From an uncultured Gammaproteobacteria bacterium (GTDB lineage Bacteria > Pseudomonadota > Gammaproteobacteria > UBA9214): a DNA stretch of 64,000 nucleotides. The notes under the pieces are model-generated. The model was not told the DNA's origin. It searched no databases and saw only the letters and a list, made by a program, of their open reading frames with translations. This document shows, in pieces, positions 53,687-63,302 of this stretch (its first letter is position 1; each line of letters starts with the position of its first letter). Where the stretch lies: positions 64,001 to 128,000 of the forward strand of contig CAVYZN010000009.1 of assembly GCA_963773065.1 (NCBI GenBank), written 5' to 3'. The position numbers were made by a program, and so were the translations under genes.

Positions 53687-54419
53687 ATGAGAAGCATTTT
53701 ACTCGACGAAAAATTGCTGCCCCGGTTTATTCGCACCGGTATTGTCAAAGCCTTGGTTACCGTCGCTCTTGCAGTCCAGTTAGTCGCCTGTGGCGGTGGT
53801 GGTGGCAGCGACACCGCATCTGGCGCCAGCACCCCCAATGTAACCTCGAACGGCTCTACTCCTGCAACCAGCAACGGCACCCCCAGCACCCCCAAGTAAC
53901 TTCGAACGGGTCTACTCCTGCAACCAGCAACGGCACCCCCAGCACCCCCAGCACCAGCCAGCACCCCCAGCACCCCCAGCACCCCCAGCACCCCCAGCAC
54001 CGCCAGCACCCCCAGCACCCCCAGCACCGCCAGCACCCCCAGCACCCACAGCACCCCCAGCACCCCCAGCACCCCCAGCACCCCCAGCACCCCAGCACCC
54101 CAGCACCCCCAGCACCCCCAACAGCAACAGCAGTGCATCATCCGCAACCGGCACTGGCAGCCTGAGTTTGAATTGGGTTGCTCCCACTACCCGTGCCGAT
54201 GGAGCCCCGCTGTCCCTGGCGGATATCGATGGTTTTCGTATCCATTACGGGATATCAAGTGGTAACTATACCAATCACGTCAATGTGGCTGACAGTACCG
54301 CACAGAAAGTGATCCTGAATAATCTTGCCGTGGGTACCTACTACATCGTCATGACGACATACGATATCAATGGGCTGGAAAGCAGCTACTCGGTGGTCGT
54401 TAAAAAGACGGTCTCCTGA
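53687..54419 (+). CDS. surface lipoprotein C: lipobox + Pro/Ser/Thr stalk + FN3-like C-terminal domain; frameshifts within repeats
   Basis: AVQLVAC-GGGGG; (CCC AGC ACC)n; SLSLNWVAP..DG.PLSLADIDGFRIHYG...TYYIVMTTYD. Confidence 0.8.
53827..54120 (+). repeat. two ~57-bp repeats followed by a 9-bp microsatellite (about 20 units of CCCAGCACC)
   Basis: Visible directly; variant units GCC/CAC and some 8- or 10-bp units. Confidence 0.95.
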
Positions 54420-54593
54420 AGGCTCATGCCGGTGATGGCGGTGTGCATTCCCCCGGGGCGTTGCTGACTGATGTGATCGGTAAACCCGGAGAATTCAGCA
54501 ATGAGCTTCCCCTGTAGGGTGCGGCTGAGGTTTGTCTGGTATTACCTTGCGCCTTTGCGGTAAGTAGTGAGTTATCACGTTTGAATCAGACTC

Positions 54594-54718
54594 ATGCTAT
54601 CAGCAAATGCCATTTCTCTTGCCATGACCGGCGCTTCCGGGGCGACGTACGGCATGCGTCTGCTGCAGTGCCTTCTGGAGGCGGGCCGTACGGTTTATCT
54701 CATGATCTCCGCACCCGC
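54594..54718 (+). pseudogene. ubiX: N-terminal fragment of flavin prenyltransferase UbiX
   Basis: [21 protein letters not shown]...VYLMIS; similarity stops after about 41 codons where it meets the convergent gene. Confidence 0.75.
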
Positions 54719-56729
54719 GCCGGCCTCCCAGCCAAGCAACACTTCGCCATGCCATTCCAGTCCGACCGGTGCAACGACATCTCGTTTGACCATTTTCACA
54801 GGCGTACTTTCCTCGAGTGCATCGAGCATGGCTGCCAGCGGCGAGTCAAAATCCGGCGCGGTTCTGAGATAGGAAATCATCGGCAGGGACTGATCGACAT
54901 ACAGGTAGGAGACGGTGCCTATCCAGATGCTGGTCGCATGGTCGGTGGTTTCCACGTTGGCGGGCCAGAGCCTCAGCACCGTCATCCGGTCCGTGCCGTC
55001 GCCTTTCCTGACCAGCAGCAGTTTCTGATACTGGCCGTCATGCACCTGGTAGAGGATGGGAAGACTCGCGCTATCCGGATGCGGGGCAAGCCAGTTCATG
55101 GCACGTAGCACCCCGAATTCCGGCGCCGGTTGCCATCCCTGCTTGCCGAGTATTTCCTGCAGGTAGGCCAGTGAGCCGGCCCACTGGAAATTGAGCGGCT
55201 GTCTGTTCACGCCCTCGATGTCGATCCGGTAGACCGGCAACTCCCGCCAATAGCCATCCCGCCAGTCCGTCAGGGTGACGGTTTCCATTTCCATGTGTGG
55301 TGCATAGTGCGCGAGATCCTGCTCGTACCGGAATTGCATCTGCCAGGCGCCCGCCGACAACAGGACGGCGAATACAACCGCCAGCAGCCGTTTCAAGGGT
55401 AACGCGGGCGCCGGATGCCGGTCGTAGGCAATGCCGAACAGGGTGACCCAGAACAGTCCCACGCTGGCGCCGCCCAGGACGTCGGAAAGCCAGTGCACGC
55501 CCAGATAGATGCGGGAAAAGGCCATGGCGACGACCAGGATGCCAGCCATGGTGTAGGGCAGCCAGCGGCGTCTGAACGGGAGTTCACGGGCAATCAGCAG
55601 CGCCAGGAATCCAAAGACGGCAAGGCTCATGCTGACGTGCGCACTGGGGAAGGAAAAGCCGCTCTGGAAATCCACCGGGCGTTCCATCCTGGTCGAGTAT
55701 TTAAGCGTATAGGTCATGATGCCGGTGCAGACATACGCCGCCAGCCAGTGGAGGGCGGCCTTGCGATAGCCTTTCCAGAGCAGCCACAGGCTCCCCGTCA
55801 CCAGCATGATCGCCAGCAGCGTTTGCTTCCCGAAAAGGCTGACAAAGGTCATTACCTGGTCGACCCCCGGCGTGCGCAGATTCTGCAGGAAGTGGAAGAG
55901 GTAATTATCCAGATCCCCCATGAATCGCCCCTGTAGGGTCTGGCGGGTGACGAGGAGCAGTACCCAGAAGGCCAGGAACAACAGGCCGAGGAGTATGGCG
56001 AGGCCGCGTGCCTCAGGGTGATCAGGATCAAGCAATGAGCCCGCCAGAGGGCGTATACGCGGGTGTTTGCGGCTCCAGGTCAATGCGCTCTCCACGGCGG
56101 CCGAGGCGTGTGGCTGCAGCAGGCGCCAGATGCCGCGTATCAACGAGATGCTCAGCCAGATGATCACCACCAGCATGACCAGCAATACGACCAGGCGACC
56201 TGCCACCTCGGCTGCCAGTCCCAGCGAGGCGCCGAATGCTACGCCGGGCAGGATACAAACCGGCGCCCAGAGCAGGGAGGCGATGACATCCACCAGCAGG
56301 AAGCGGCCGATGCCCATGTCCATCATGCCGGCAATGGCCGGAACGATGGGCCGCACCGGGCCGATAAAGCGCGCCATGAATACGCTTTTCCCGCCGTGGA
56401 GGCAGAAAAACTCTACACCCCGATTCACCAGTGCGGGGTAGCGCTTCAATGGCCAGACGTCACGCAGTCGTTGATGAAAATGGCTGCCGATCAGAAAACT
56501 GATAGTATCGCCGGTGACGGCGCCGATGGCCGTCCATATAATGGTAGGTATCAGTTGCAGCGCCCCGGTAGTGATCACGCGCGCCCATACCGAACAGCAG
56601 TATCGAGCCGGGGATCAGCAGGCCGACGACAAGCAACGATTCCAGCAGGGCAACCACAAAGACCAGCGCAGAGGAAAGATACGGGTGCAACGCTATCCAG
56701 GCGAGCAGATCCTGCAGTAGGTTATCCAT
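54695..56729 (-). CDS. bifunctional DedA / PAP2 phosphatase / LssY-C protein; frameshift near 56580
   Basis: [56 protein letters not shown]. Confidence 0.9.
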
Positions 56730-56776
56730 ATCAACCGGCTTCCTTTCGGTAAGCTGCGCGTGCGATGATTCTGGTC

Positions 56777-58061
56777 TTATCGCAGAGTTCTGAATACCTG
56801 TGTCGCGGCACTCCAGCGTCGCATCGATTACGCTGTCGGTATGGCTTGACGAGACAAAACCGGCTTCATAGGCCGACGGCGCCAGATACACACCGGCCTG
56901 CAACATGCCGTGATAGAAGCGCTGGAAAGTCGCCAGGTCGCAGCGGGTGACCTGGTCAAAGCGGGTAATGGGTCTTTCGATGGTGAAGAAATATCCGAAC
57001 ATTCCGCCGACCTGGTTGGTGCTGAATCCTATGCCGGCGGCATCGGCCTGCGCCTGCAGCCCCTCGACCAGCCGTTTTGCCGCGGCATTCAGTCGCGCAT
57101 GAAACCCCTCGGCCATGGACAGTTCCAGCGTGGCCAGTCCGGCCGCCAGGGCCACGGGATTGCCGGAGAGTGTCCCGGCCTGATACACCGGTCCGAGAGG
57201 CGCGATCCGTTCCATGATGTCCCGGCGTCCGCCAAAAGCTCCGACCGGCAGGCCGCCCCCGATGATTTTGCCCAGCGTGGTGAGATCGGGTCTTATGCCG
57301 TAATACGCCTGCGCGCCGCCGGCCGCGACCCGGAAACCGGTCATGACCTCATCGAAGATCAGCACGCTGCCATGCCGGTCACACAGCTCGCGCAGGCCTT
57401 CGAGAAAGCCTGGCACCGGCGGGATGCAGTTCATGTTGCCCGCCACCGGTTCCACAATCACCGCGGCGATTTTTTTTCCGGCCAGTTCGAATGCCTGTCG
57501 AACGCCGTCGATGTCGTTATAGGTCAGCGTCATGGTGTGTTCCGCGACTGAGGCGGGTACCCCCGGCGAAGTCGGCACGCCGAGCGTCAGCGTGCCGGAG
57601 CCCGCCTTGACCAGCAGCGCATCGGAATGGCCGTGATAGCAGCCTTCAAACTTGACGATCTTGTCACGCCCGGTAAAGCCGCGGGCCAGACGGATCGCGC
57701 TCATGGTCGCTTCGGTTCCCGAGCTGACCAGGCGCACCATGTCCATCGAAGGCACCAGGGCGCACAGCCTATTCGCCATGCGCGTCTCGATCTCCGTGGG
57801 CGCACCATAGCCCAGACCCCGCGCGGCGGCCTCCTGTACGGCACGGATGACGGCCGGATGGGCATGACCGGCGATCATCGGCCCCCAGGAGGCGACGTAG
57901 TCGATGTAGCGTTTGCCATCGACATCGACCAGGTAGGGTCCCGCGCCGCTGGCAAAAAACACCGGTTCGCCACCGACGCCGCGGAAGGCGCGTACCGGCG
58001 AGTTCACGCCGCCCGGAATGCGCTCACAGGCCGCCTGGAAATCGTCATGAGATCGGGTCAT
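56777..58061 (-). CDS. hemL: glutamate-1-semialdehyde 2,1-aminomutase; frameshift near 56810
   Basis: [61 protein letters not shown]. Confidence 0.96.
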
Positions 58062-58147
58062 GTGTGGGGTCCTTCTTTCTTGTTTATCACCGGGCCAAGC
58101 TTACCTGCCGTCGCGGGCCGGGCAAACAGCAATTTTATCAGCAGGGT

Positions 58148-58787
58148 TCAATGCTGAAAGGTGAAGAGTGCGGCATACGCCTGCGCCGCCGCCTTGATAT
58201 CGGGCTGGCCAAACACGCCGTGGATGACGGCCAGCAGGTCGGCGCCGGCATTGATGAGTTCGGCGCCGTTTTCCGGAGTGATGCCGCCGATGGCGGCGAT
58301 GGGCAGATCGATCTCCTTGCGCGACTGCGTGAGCAGCGCCGGCTGCGCCGCGTACGGTTTCCGGTTTGGTACGGGAGGGGAAGAACCGCCCGAAAGCCAC
58401 GTAGCTGGCGCCCATGCTGGCGGCCGCTCGGGCGCGCTCCAGTTGGTTGTAGCAGGAAACACCGATAATCGCTTGTGGTCCCAGCCGCCGCCGCGCCTGA
58501 CCGACAGGAGCGTCATTCTGCCCGAGATGCACCCCGGCGGCGGCGCTTGCCGCGGCCAGTTCGATATCATCGTTGATGATCAAGGGTATTCCCCTCTCGC
58601 GACACAGCATTACCAGTGTCTGCGCTTCACGGCCGCGCTCCTCCCGGGAGAGGAATTTCTCGCGGTACTGTATCAGCACGGCGCCCCCGTCGATGGCCTG
58701 TGCAACCCGTGCGATCAGGTTCCCGCGGGGGATCCGTTCACTGTCGGTAATGGCATACAGCCCGCGGGGCAGCGCCGATCCGCTCAT
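58148..58787 (-). CDS. thiE: thiamine-phosphate synthase; frameshift near 58350
   Basis: GLYAITD, QYREK, IINDD, GVHLGQND, FFPSRTKP / PIAAIGGIT. Confidence 0.92.
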
Positions 58788-59594
58788 TCAGTCCTCGTCG
58801 TTGCCGGCCCAGAAGAAGCGATGGGGGAGGTGCTGGCCCAGTCCCGGACGGTAACCGTGGCGCAACGCATTCCAGGTATAGTCCTGGGCCTCGTGTATGG
58901 CGGAAAACGGTTCCAAGCCCTGCGCCAGCAGGCCGGCGATGCTCGCCGCCAGGGTACAGCCGGACCCGTGGTAGCTGTGCGGCAGGCGTTCCCAGGTAAA
59001 GGTCTCCAGGAGCCGCTTGCCGCCGTACAGGCGGTTGATGACGTGGGGTGTGTTTTCGTGGCTGCCGGTCACCAGCACGTAGTCGACGCCGTGGTCCAGC
59101 AAGGCCAGACCGCAGGCTTCCAGGGTATCCGCCTCGGGGGCCAGGGCGCGCGCCTCCGGACCATTAGGGGTGAGGATGGTGGTGACCGGAAGCAGCAGCG
59201 CCTGCAATGCCTCGATCAACTCCTGACCGCCCAGATCCGTTCCATGCCCCGAAGCCAGCACCGGGTCGAAAACGACCGGTATTTCCGGGTAATCCATCAG
59301 GATGCTATGGACCGCTTCGGTATTTTCGATGCTGCCCAGCATGCCGATTTTGAATACGGCAACCGGCATGTCTTCCAGTATCGCACGCGCCTGGGCGATG
59401 ACCTGTGTGGCATCCACGGCCGTGAATCCGGACACGTCCTGGGTGTCCTGGACCGTCAGCGCCGTGACCACCGTGGCCGCATGACTGCCCTGGCTGGCGA
59501 CGGACTCGATGTCGGCCTGCAGGCCGGCCCCGCCGCTCGGATCATGACCGGCGAATACCAGTACGACGGGGATAGGTCTCGTGGTGGATGTCAT
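58788..59594 (-). CDS. thiD: hydroxymethylpyrimidine/phosphomethylpyrimidine kinase
   Basis: AGHDPSGGAGLQAD, TALTVQDT, KIGMLG, DPVL, TPN..EA, HGSGCTLAS. Confidence 0.92.
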   Translation of the reverse strand: MTSTTRPIPVVLVFAGHDPSGGAGLQADIESVASQGSHAATVVTALTVQDTQDVSGFTAVDATQVIAQARAILEDMPVAVFKIGMLGSIENTEAVHSILMDYPEIPVVFDPVLASGHGTDLGGQELIEALQALLLPVTTILTPNGPEARALAPEADTLEACGLALLDHGVDYVLVTGSHENTPHVINRLYGGKRLLETFTWERLPHSYHGSGCTLAASIAGLLAQGLEPFSAIHEAQDYTWNALRHGYRPGLGQHLPHRFFWAGNDED

Positions 59595-59709
59595 GTTCTG
59601 AACGTCAGACGCAAAGCGTGAACCGTGGAACGCCATGCCTTACAAATAGCCATGGCATGCGCTGAATAATACAGTATCCGCATCGAGTCAAATCCGGGCA
59701 TTGCACTGA

Positions 59710-59886
59710 GAGCCTGTGAAAATATCGCCAGCCTGCTGCGGACGCCGCTTTGCGGCTGCGGCGGCGTTGCGCCACGCGAAAACTTCGGTCATTTGGCTCG
59801 CCAAACTCCCTTGTTTTCGCGCAGCGCGCCTTGCCTCGCACGCCAATCGACGCCCTCGCGACGGCCGTCGATATTTTCACAGGCTC
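59710..59886. mobile_element. MITE-like element, 177 bp
   Basis: Perfect terminal IRs GAGCCTGTGAAAATATCG / CGATATTTTCACAGGCTC, flanked by TGA on both sides; no transposase. Confidence 0.8.
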
Positions 59887-60035
59887 TGAGCCGTATACAC
59901 CCGCGTCCCATGCCGATTGTATGAGGCTGTTCCTAATTCTAGCACCGCGGGTGTGTTGTTTTTCCGGTTCCATAGGAGGTATACAATGCCCGGCAAGGCG
60001 GTATCCTGCCATGAATCCAGATGAGGTTATGTGTA

Positions 60036-60209
60036 ATGAGTTTGCCCAAGGAATACGTGTGTGTCGTATGCGGATACGTCTACAGTGAAGCCGACGGTCT
60101 GCCCGATGAGAGTTTCCCGCCGGGGACCCGTTGGGAGGATATCCCGCCGAACTGGGTGTGTCCGGAATGCGGCGCCGCCAAGGAAGATTTTGAAATGGTC
60201 GAAGTCTGA
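60036..60209 (+). CDS. rubredoxin
   Basis: [10 protein letters not shown]...[22 protein letters not shown]. Confidence 0.95.
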   Translation: MSLPKEYVCVVCGYVYSEADGLPDESFPPGTRWEDIPPNWVCPECGAAKEDFEMVEV

Positions 60210-60319
60210 GATCTGGCAGGCAGCGATTTTTTTACTAGAATCATTGGTACTCACTCCCTATGAATAGGTATTGGCGGCAGATTGACTGCAATGACCGGAG
60301 TCCTCGCGGATATGACCTG

Positions 60320-60832
60320 ATGTTGACCATTTCTGAAAAACTGACTGAAATGGCGGGAGCCGCGGAAGCGTACTGCGGTTTGATCGAAAACCACCAATAT
60401 ACCGATGGGCGCTGGCTGGTCGATTTATGCAGGATCCTACCCCGGCTGCATTCTGCGGTCATGGCGTTGAATGCCAATGATCACGATGAGGTACTGGGTC
60501 CCGAGGTCGATCTGGATGAACGTTTCGAGCTTTACACCCGTTTGCGCCAGACTTTGGGCGAACGCGACAGATATTGGCTCGAGTTTGATGAATCTCCTGA
60601 CCGGTTGCACATGTCCGGCAGTCTGGCGGATGATCTGACCGATATCTTTTTCGATCTGCAGTACGGGCTTGACTTGCTTGAGGAGGCATGGCCGCAACGT
60701 GCCGCCCAGGTCTGGCAATCGACCTACCGCCGGCATTGGGGCCAGCACCTCGTCGACGCCGAACGTCATCTTTATGCGCTCAAGGTTCGTAATCAGTTGA
60801 CCCCGGCTGATTACCCCCTGGAAATGGGATAA
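60320..60832 (+). CDS. DUF5063-like protein
   Basis: A..YC.LIE, LGERDRYW.EFD, GSLADDLTDI..DL, W...Y..HWGQH. Confidence 0.7.
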   Translation: MLTISEKLTEMAGAAEAYCGLIENHQYTDGRWLVDLCRILPRLHSAVMALNANDHDEVLGPEVDLDERFELYTRLRQTLGERDRYWLEFDESPDRLHMSGSLADDLTDIFFDLQYGLDLLEEAWPQRAAQVWQSTYRRHWGQHLVDAERHLYALKVRNQLTPADYPLEMG

Positions 60833-61123
60833 ACGCCTGTCAGGATATCCCGTCAGGATATGATTGATCCTGGCAAGAAGCGTTGGCGTCGGGTCGTATG
60901 CTTGTACCGCAGAGTAACAGAGACTTCCCCACGCCTCCGCGTCGCCCGGACGGAAACTGGACGTGTGAAATAAGAGGGTTTCCGCACTGTCAGGATCTCG
61001 TCATTCCCCGCGCACTGCATGATGTTGCTGACCGGACCTGAAAATAGACCCGGAAATAGCGTATATTCTACCCATCGCGAGTGCGTGACGCAGAACATAG
61101 GCGAAGGCAAGGTGAAGAAGCAT

Positions 61124-61546
61124 ATGATGAGAAAATTACCCAATGAACAGGGTTTTACATTGATCGAGGTAATGGTGGTCGTGGTCATCCTCGGGATACT
61201 GGCCGCGATTCTGGTGCCGAAGGTGATGGATCGCCCGGAGCAGGCGCGCATGACCAAGGCGCGCCAGGATATCCGGGCGTTGGAGGCCGCGCTCAATCTC
61301 TACAAGCTGGATAACTATGTTTATCCAACTACCGACCAGGGACTGGAAGCCCTGGTAGAGAAGCCGTCCTCACCCGAACCGCCGAACTGGAAGGAAGGCG
61401 GCTACGTGGACCGTCTGCCGGTCGATCCCTGGAAGCAGCCTTACCAATACCTCAGTCCGGGTGGGCACGGGTCGATCGACATCTATTCACTCGGGCCTGA
61501 CCAGACGCCCAGTGAGGATGACGTCGGTAACTGGGAACTGCAATAG
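61124..61546 (+). CDS. gspG: type II secretion major pseudopilin
   Basis: QGFTLIEVMVV, YKLDN..YPTTDQGLEALV, LPVDPW..PYQYLSPG. Confidence 0.97.
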   Translation: MMRKLPNEQGFTLIEVMVVVVILGILAAILVPKVMDRPEQARMTKARQDIRALEAALNLYKLDNYVYPTTDQGLEALVEKPSSPEPPNWKEGGYVDRLPVDPWKQPYQYLSPGGHGSIDIYSLGPDQTPSEDDVGNWELQ

Positions 61547-61696
61547 AGACTCGTAGTCAATCCAGGTGCCGTCCGGGTCAAGTGCTTGAAGCATGCAAAC
61601 GAGCCCGTTCCCTTTGGGGGAAGCTGGCCGTGAGTGAGGGGATAAGATCACTCAAACGACCCTTAAACGCACCATGGGTGTTCCTGGGGTAGAGGG

Positions 61697-62311
61697 ATGC
61701 CAGCCATGCTGAAACAGATAGCCACATCCCATGCGCCACGATCGTTTCCGTCCACTCGCCGCCTGCAGATCCTGGTAAAGGGTGGGACCGGGTTTTCCGG
61801 TTCAGTCGCGGGTTTACCCTGCTGGAAATCATGGTGGTTCTGGTTCTTATCGGGATCATTTTCAGCTTTGCCGTCCTGTCCCTTGGCAGGAATGATCTAG
61901 CCGAGGCGATGGAGCGTGAAACCCGCCGGCTCGTGACGCTGATCAACTTGGCCAATGATGAGGCCGTGATACGCGGCGAGGAACTGGCCATCCATTTTAC
62001 CGAGAAAGGTTATACCTTCCTGGTCTTGCAGGCCGAAGGCTGGCGGGAGCTCGAGGACGATCGCTTGCTGAAGTCCCACAAGCTGCCCGCGGGAATCAGC
62101 GTTAAGATCGAGGTTGAAGGGGATCCTCCGGCTATGGGTCAACCGAAGAAGAAAAGCTGAGGAGAGTGAGACCCCGCAAGTCTATATCCTTTCGAGCGGC
62201 GAGATGACCCCGTTCTCGGCCACCATCGCGGCGGAGCAGAGCCAGCGGCGTTACCACCTTACGGCATCGATGCTGGGCGTGCTGGACTGGGAAGCGGAGA
62301 AGACCTTTTGA
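61697..62311 (+). CDS. gspH: type II secretion minor pseudopilin H, frameshifted; start uncertain
   Basis: RGFTLLEIMVVLV..., E.RRL...LANDEAV, PQVYILSSGEMTPF across frames. Confidence 0.85.
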
Positions 62312-62688
62312 GGCGGCGGCGAATCAGGGGGTTTACCCTGCTTGAGGTCATGGTCGCCCTGGCCGTTCTGGCACTGACCATGGGGGCCGTGATCAAGGCC
62401 GTCGGGGGCTACACCGGCAATCAGGCGTATCTGCGTGACCGGACGCTGGCCACCTGGGTTGCCCGCAATGTTCTGGTCGATCAGCAACTGAAAGATGCCT
62501 GGCCCAGCGTGGGTGAACTCAAGGGTACCACCGAGATGGGTGACCGGGAATGGCGCTGGCTTGCGACCGTTTCCCAGACCGATGAGGAGGATCTGCGCCG
62601 GCTGGATGTCGAGGTGCGGCCGATCGATGCGCAGGACGCCGGGCCGATCGCCGTGCTGGGCGGTTTTCTCCGGCGGCCCGAACAATGA
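62308..62688 (+). CDS. gspI: type II secretion minor pseudopilin I
   Basis: RGFTLLEVMVALAV, LRDRTLATWVARN, MGDREWRW, LRRLDVEV. Confidence 0.93.
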   Translation: MRRRRIRGFTLLEVMVALAVLALTMGAVIKAVGGYTGNQAYLRDRTLATWVARNVLVDQQLKDAWPSVGELKGTTEMGDREWRWLATVSQTDEEDLRRLDVEVRPIDAQDAGPIAVLGGFLRRPEQ

Positions 62689-63302
62689 CACAAGTCATCC
62701 GGAATAAAACCCCCGCGGGGTTTACGCTGCTGGAACTGCTGGTGGCGCTGGCCATCTTCAGCCTTATCGCGGTGATGGCTTACGGTGGCCTGGAAACGGT
62801 GTTGAAGCAGAAAACCTTGACCGAGGAAAACGCGAACAGCCTGGCGACGCTGCAGAAAACCTACCTCCTCATGCAGCGGGATATCGAACAGGCCGTGCCG
62901 CGCACGATCCGGGATGAATTCGGCGACCAGCAGAGCCCCTTGATCGGTACGACCCAGTTTCAGTTCACCCGGGGCGGCTGGAACAATCCCGCCAACCATA
63001 CGCGCAGCACCCTGCAGCGTGTCGGTTACGCGCTGCAAGACCAGCAGGTGAACCGGTATGCCTGGCAGATGCTGGATCGTGCGCAGGACAGCGAGCCAAC
63101 GCGCCAGGCCCTGACCGGCGACATCGAGAGCATGCAGGTGCGCTATCTCAATGAAGCGGGCGCCTGGCAGGAGCAATGGCCCCCCACCATCACCGAAAAC
63201 AATCCCGACGCCAATCCGATGGATTTCCCCCGGGCCATTGAAATCACGCTTAAGCATCGGCGATTCGGCACCCTCATCTGGTTATTCCAATTGCCGCGAT
63301 GA
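62685..63302 (+). CDS. gspJ: type II secretion minor pseudopilin J
   Basis: GFTLLELLVALAIF, RDIEQAVPR.IRDEFG, FTRGGW.NP, RSTLQRVGY. Confidence 0.95.
   Translation: MTQVIRNKTPAGFTLLELLVALAIFSLIAVMAYGGLETVLKQKTLTEENANSLATLQKTYLLMQRDIEQAVPRTIRDEFGDQQSPLIGTTQFQFTRGGWNNPANHTRSTLQRVGYALQDQQVNRYAWQMLDRAQDSEPTRQALTGDIESMQVRYLNEAGAWQEQWPPTITENNPDANPMDFPRAIEITLKHRRFGTLIWLFQLPR

Noticed and set aside
53419-54187. Minus-strand ORFs with (GVL)n, (CWG)n and (GAG)n repeats
   Set aside because: Antisense translations of the 9-bp microsatellite; the plus strand has the promoter, lipobox and conserved domain
56460-58061. Apparent HemL-DedA fusion (533-aa ORF)
   Set aside because: One extra base near 56810 explains it; correction gives a normal hemL stop at 56777 and a separate dedA ATG at 56729
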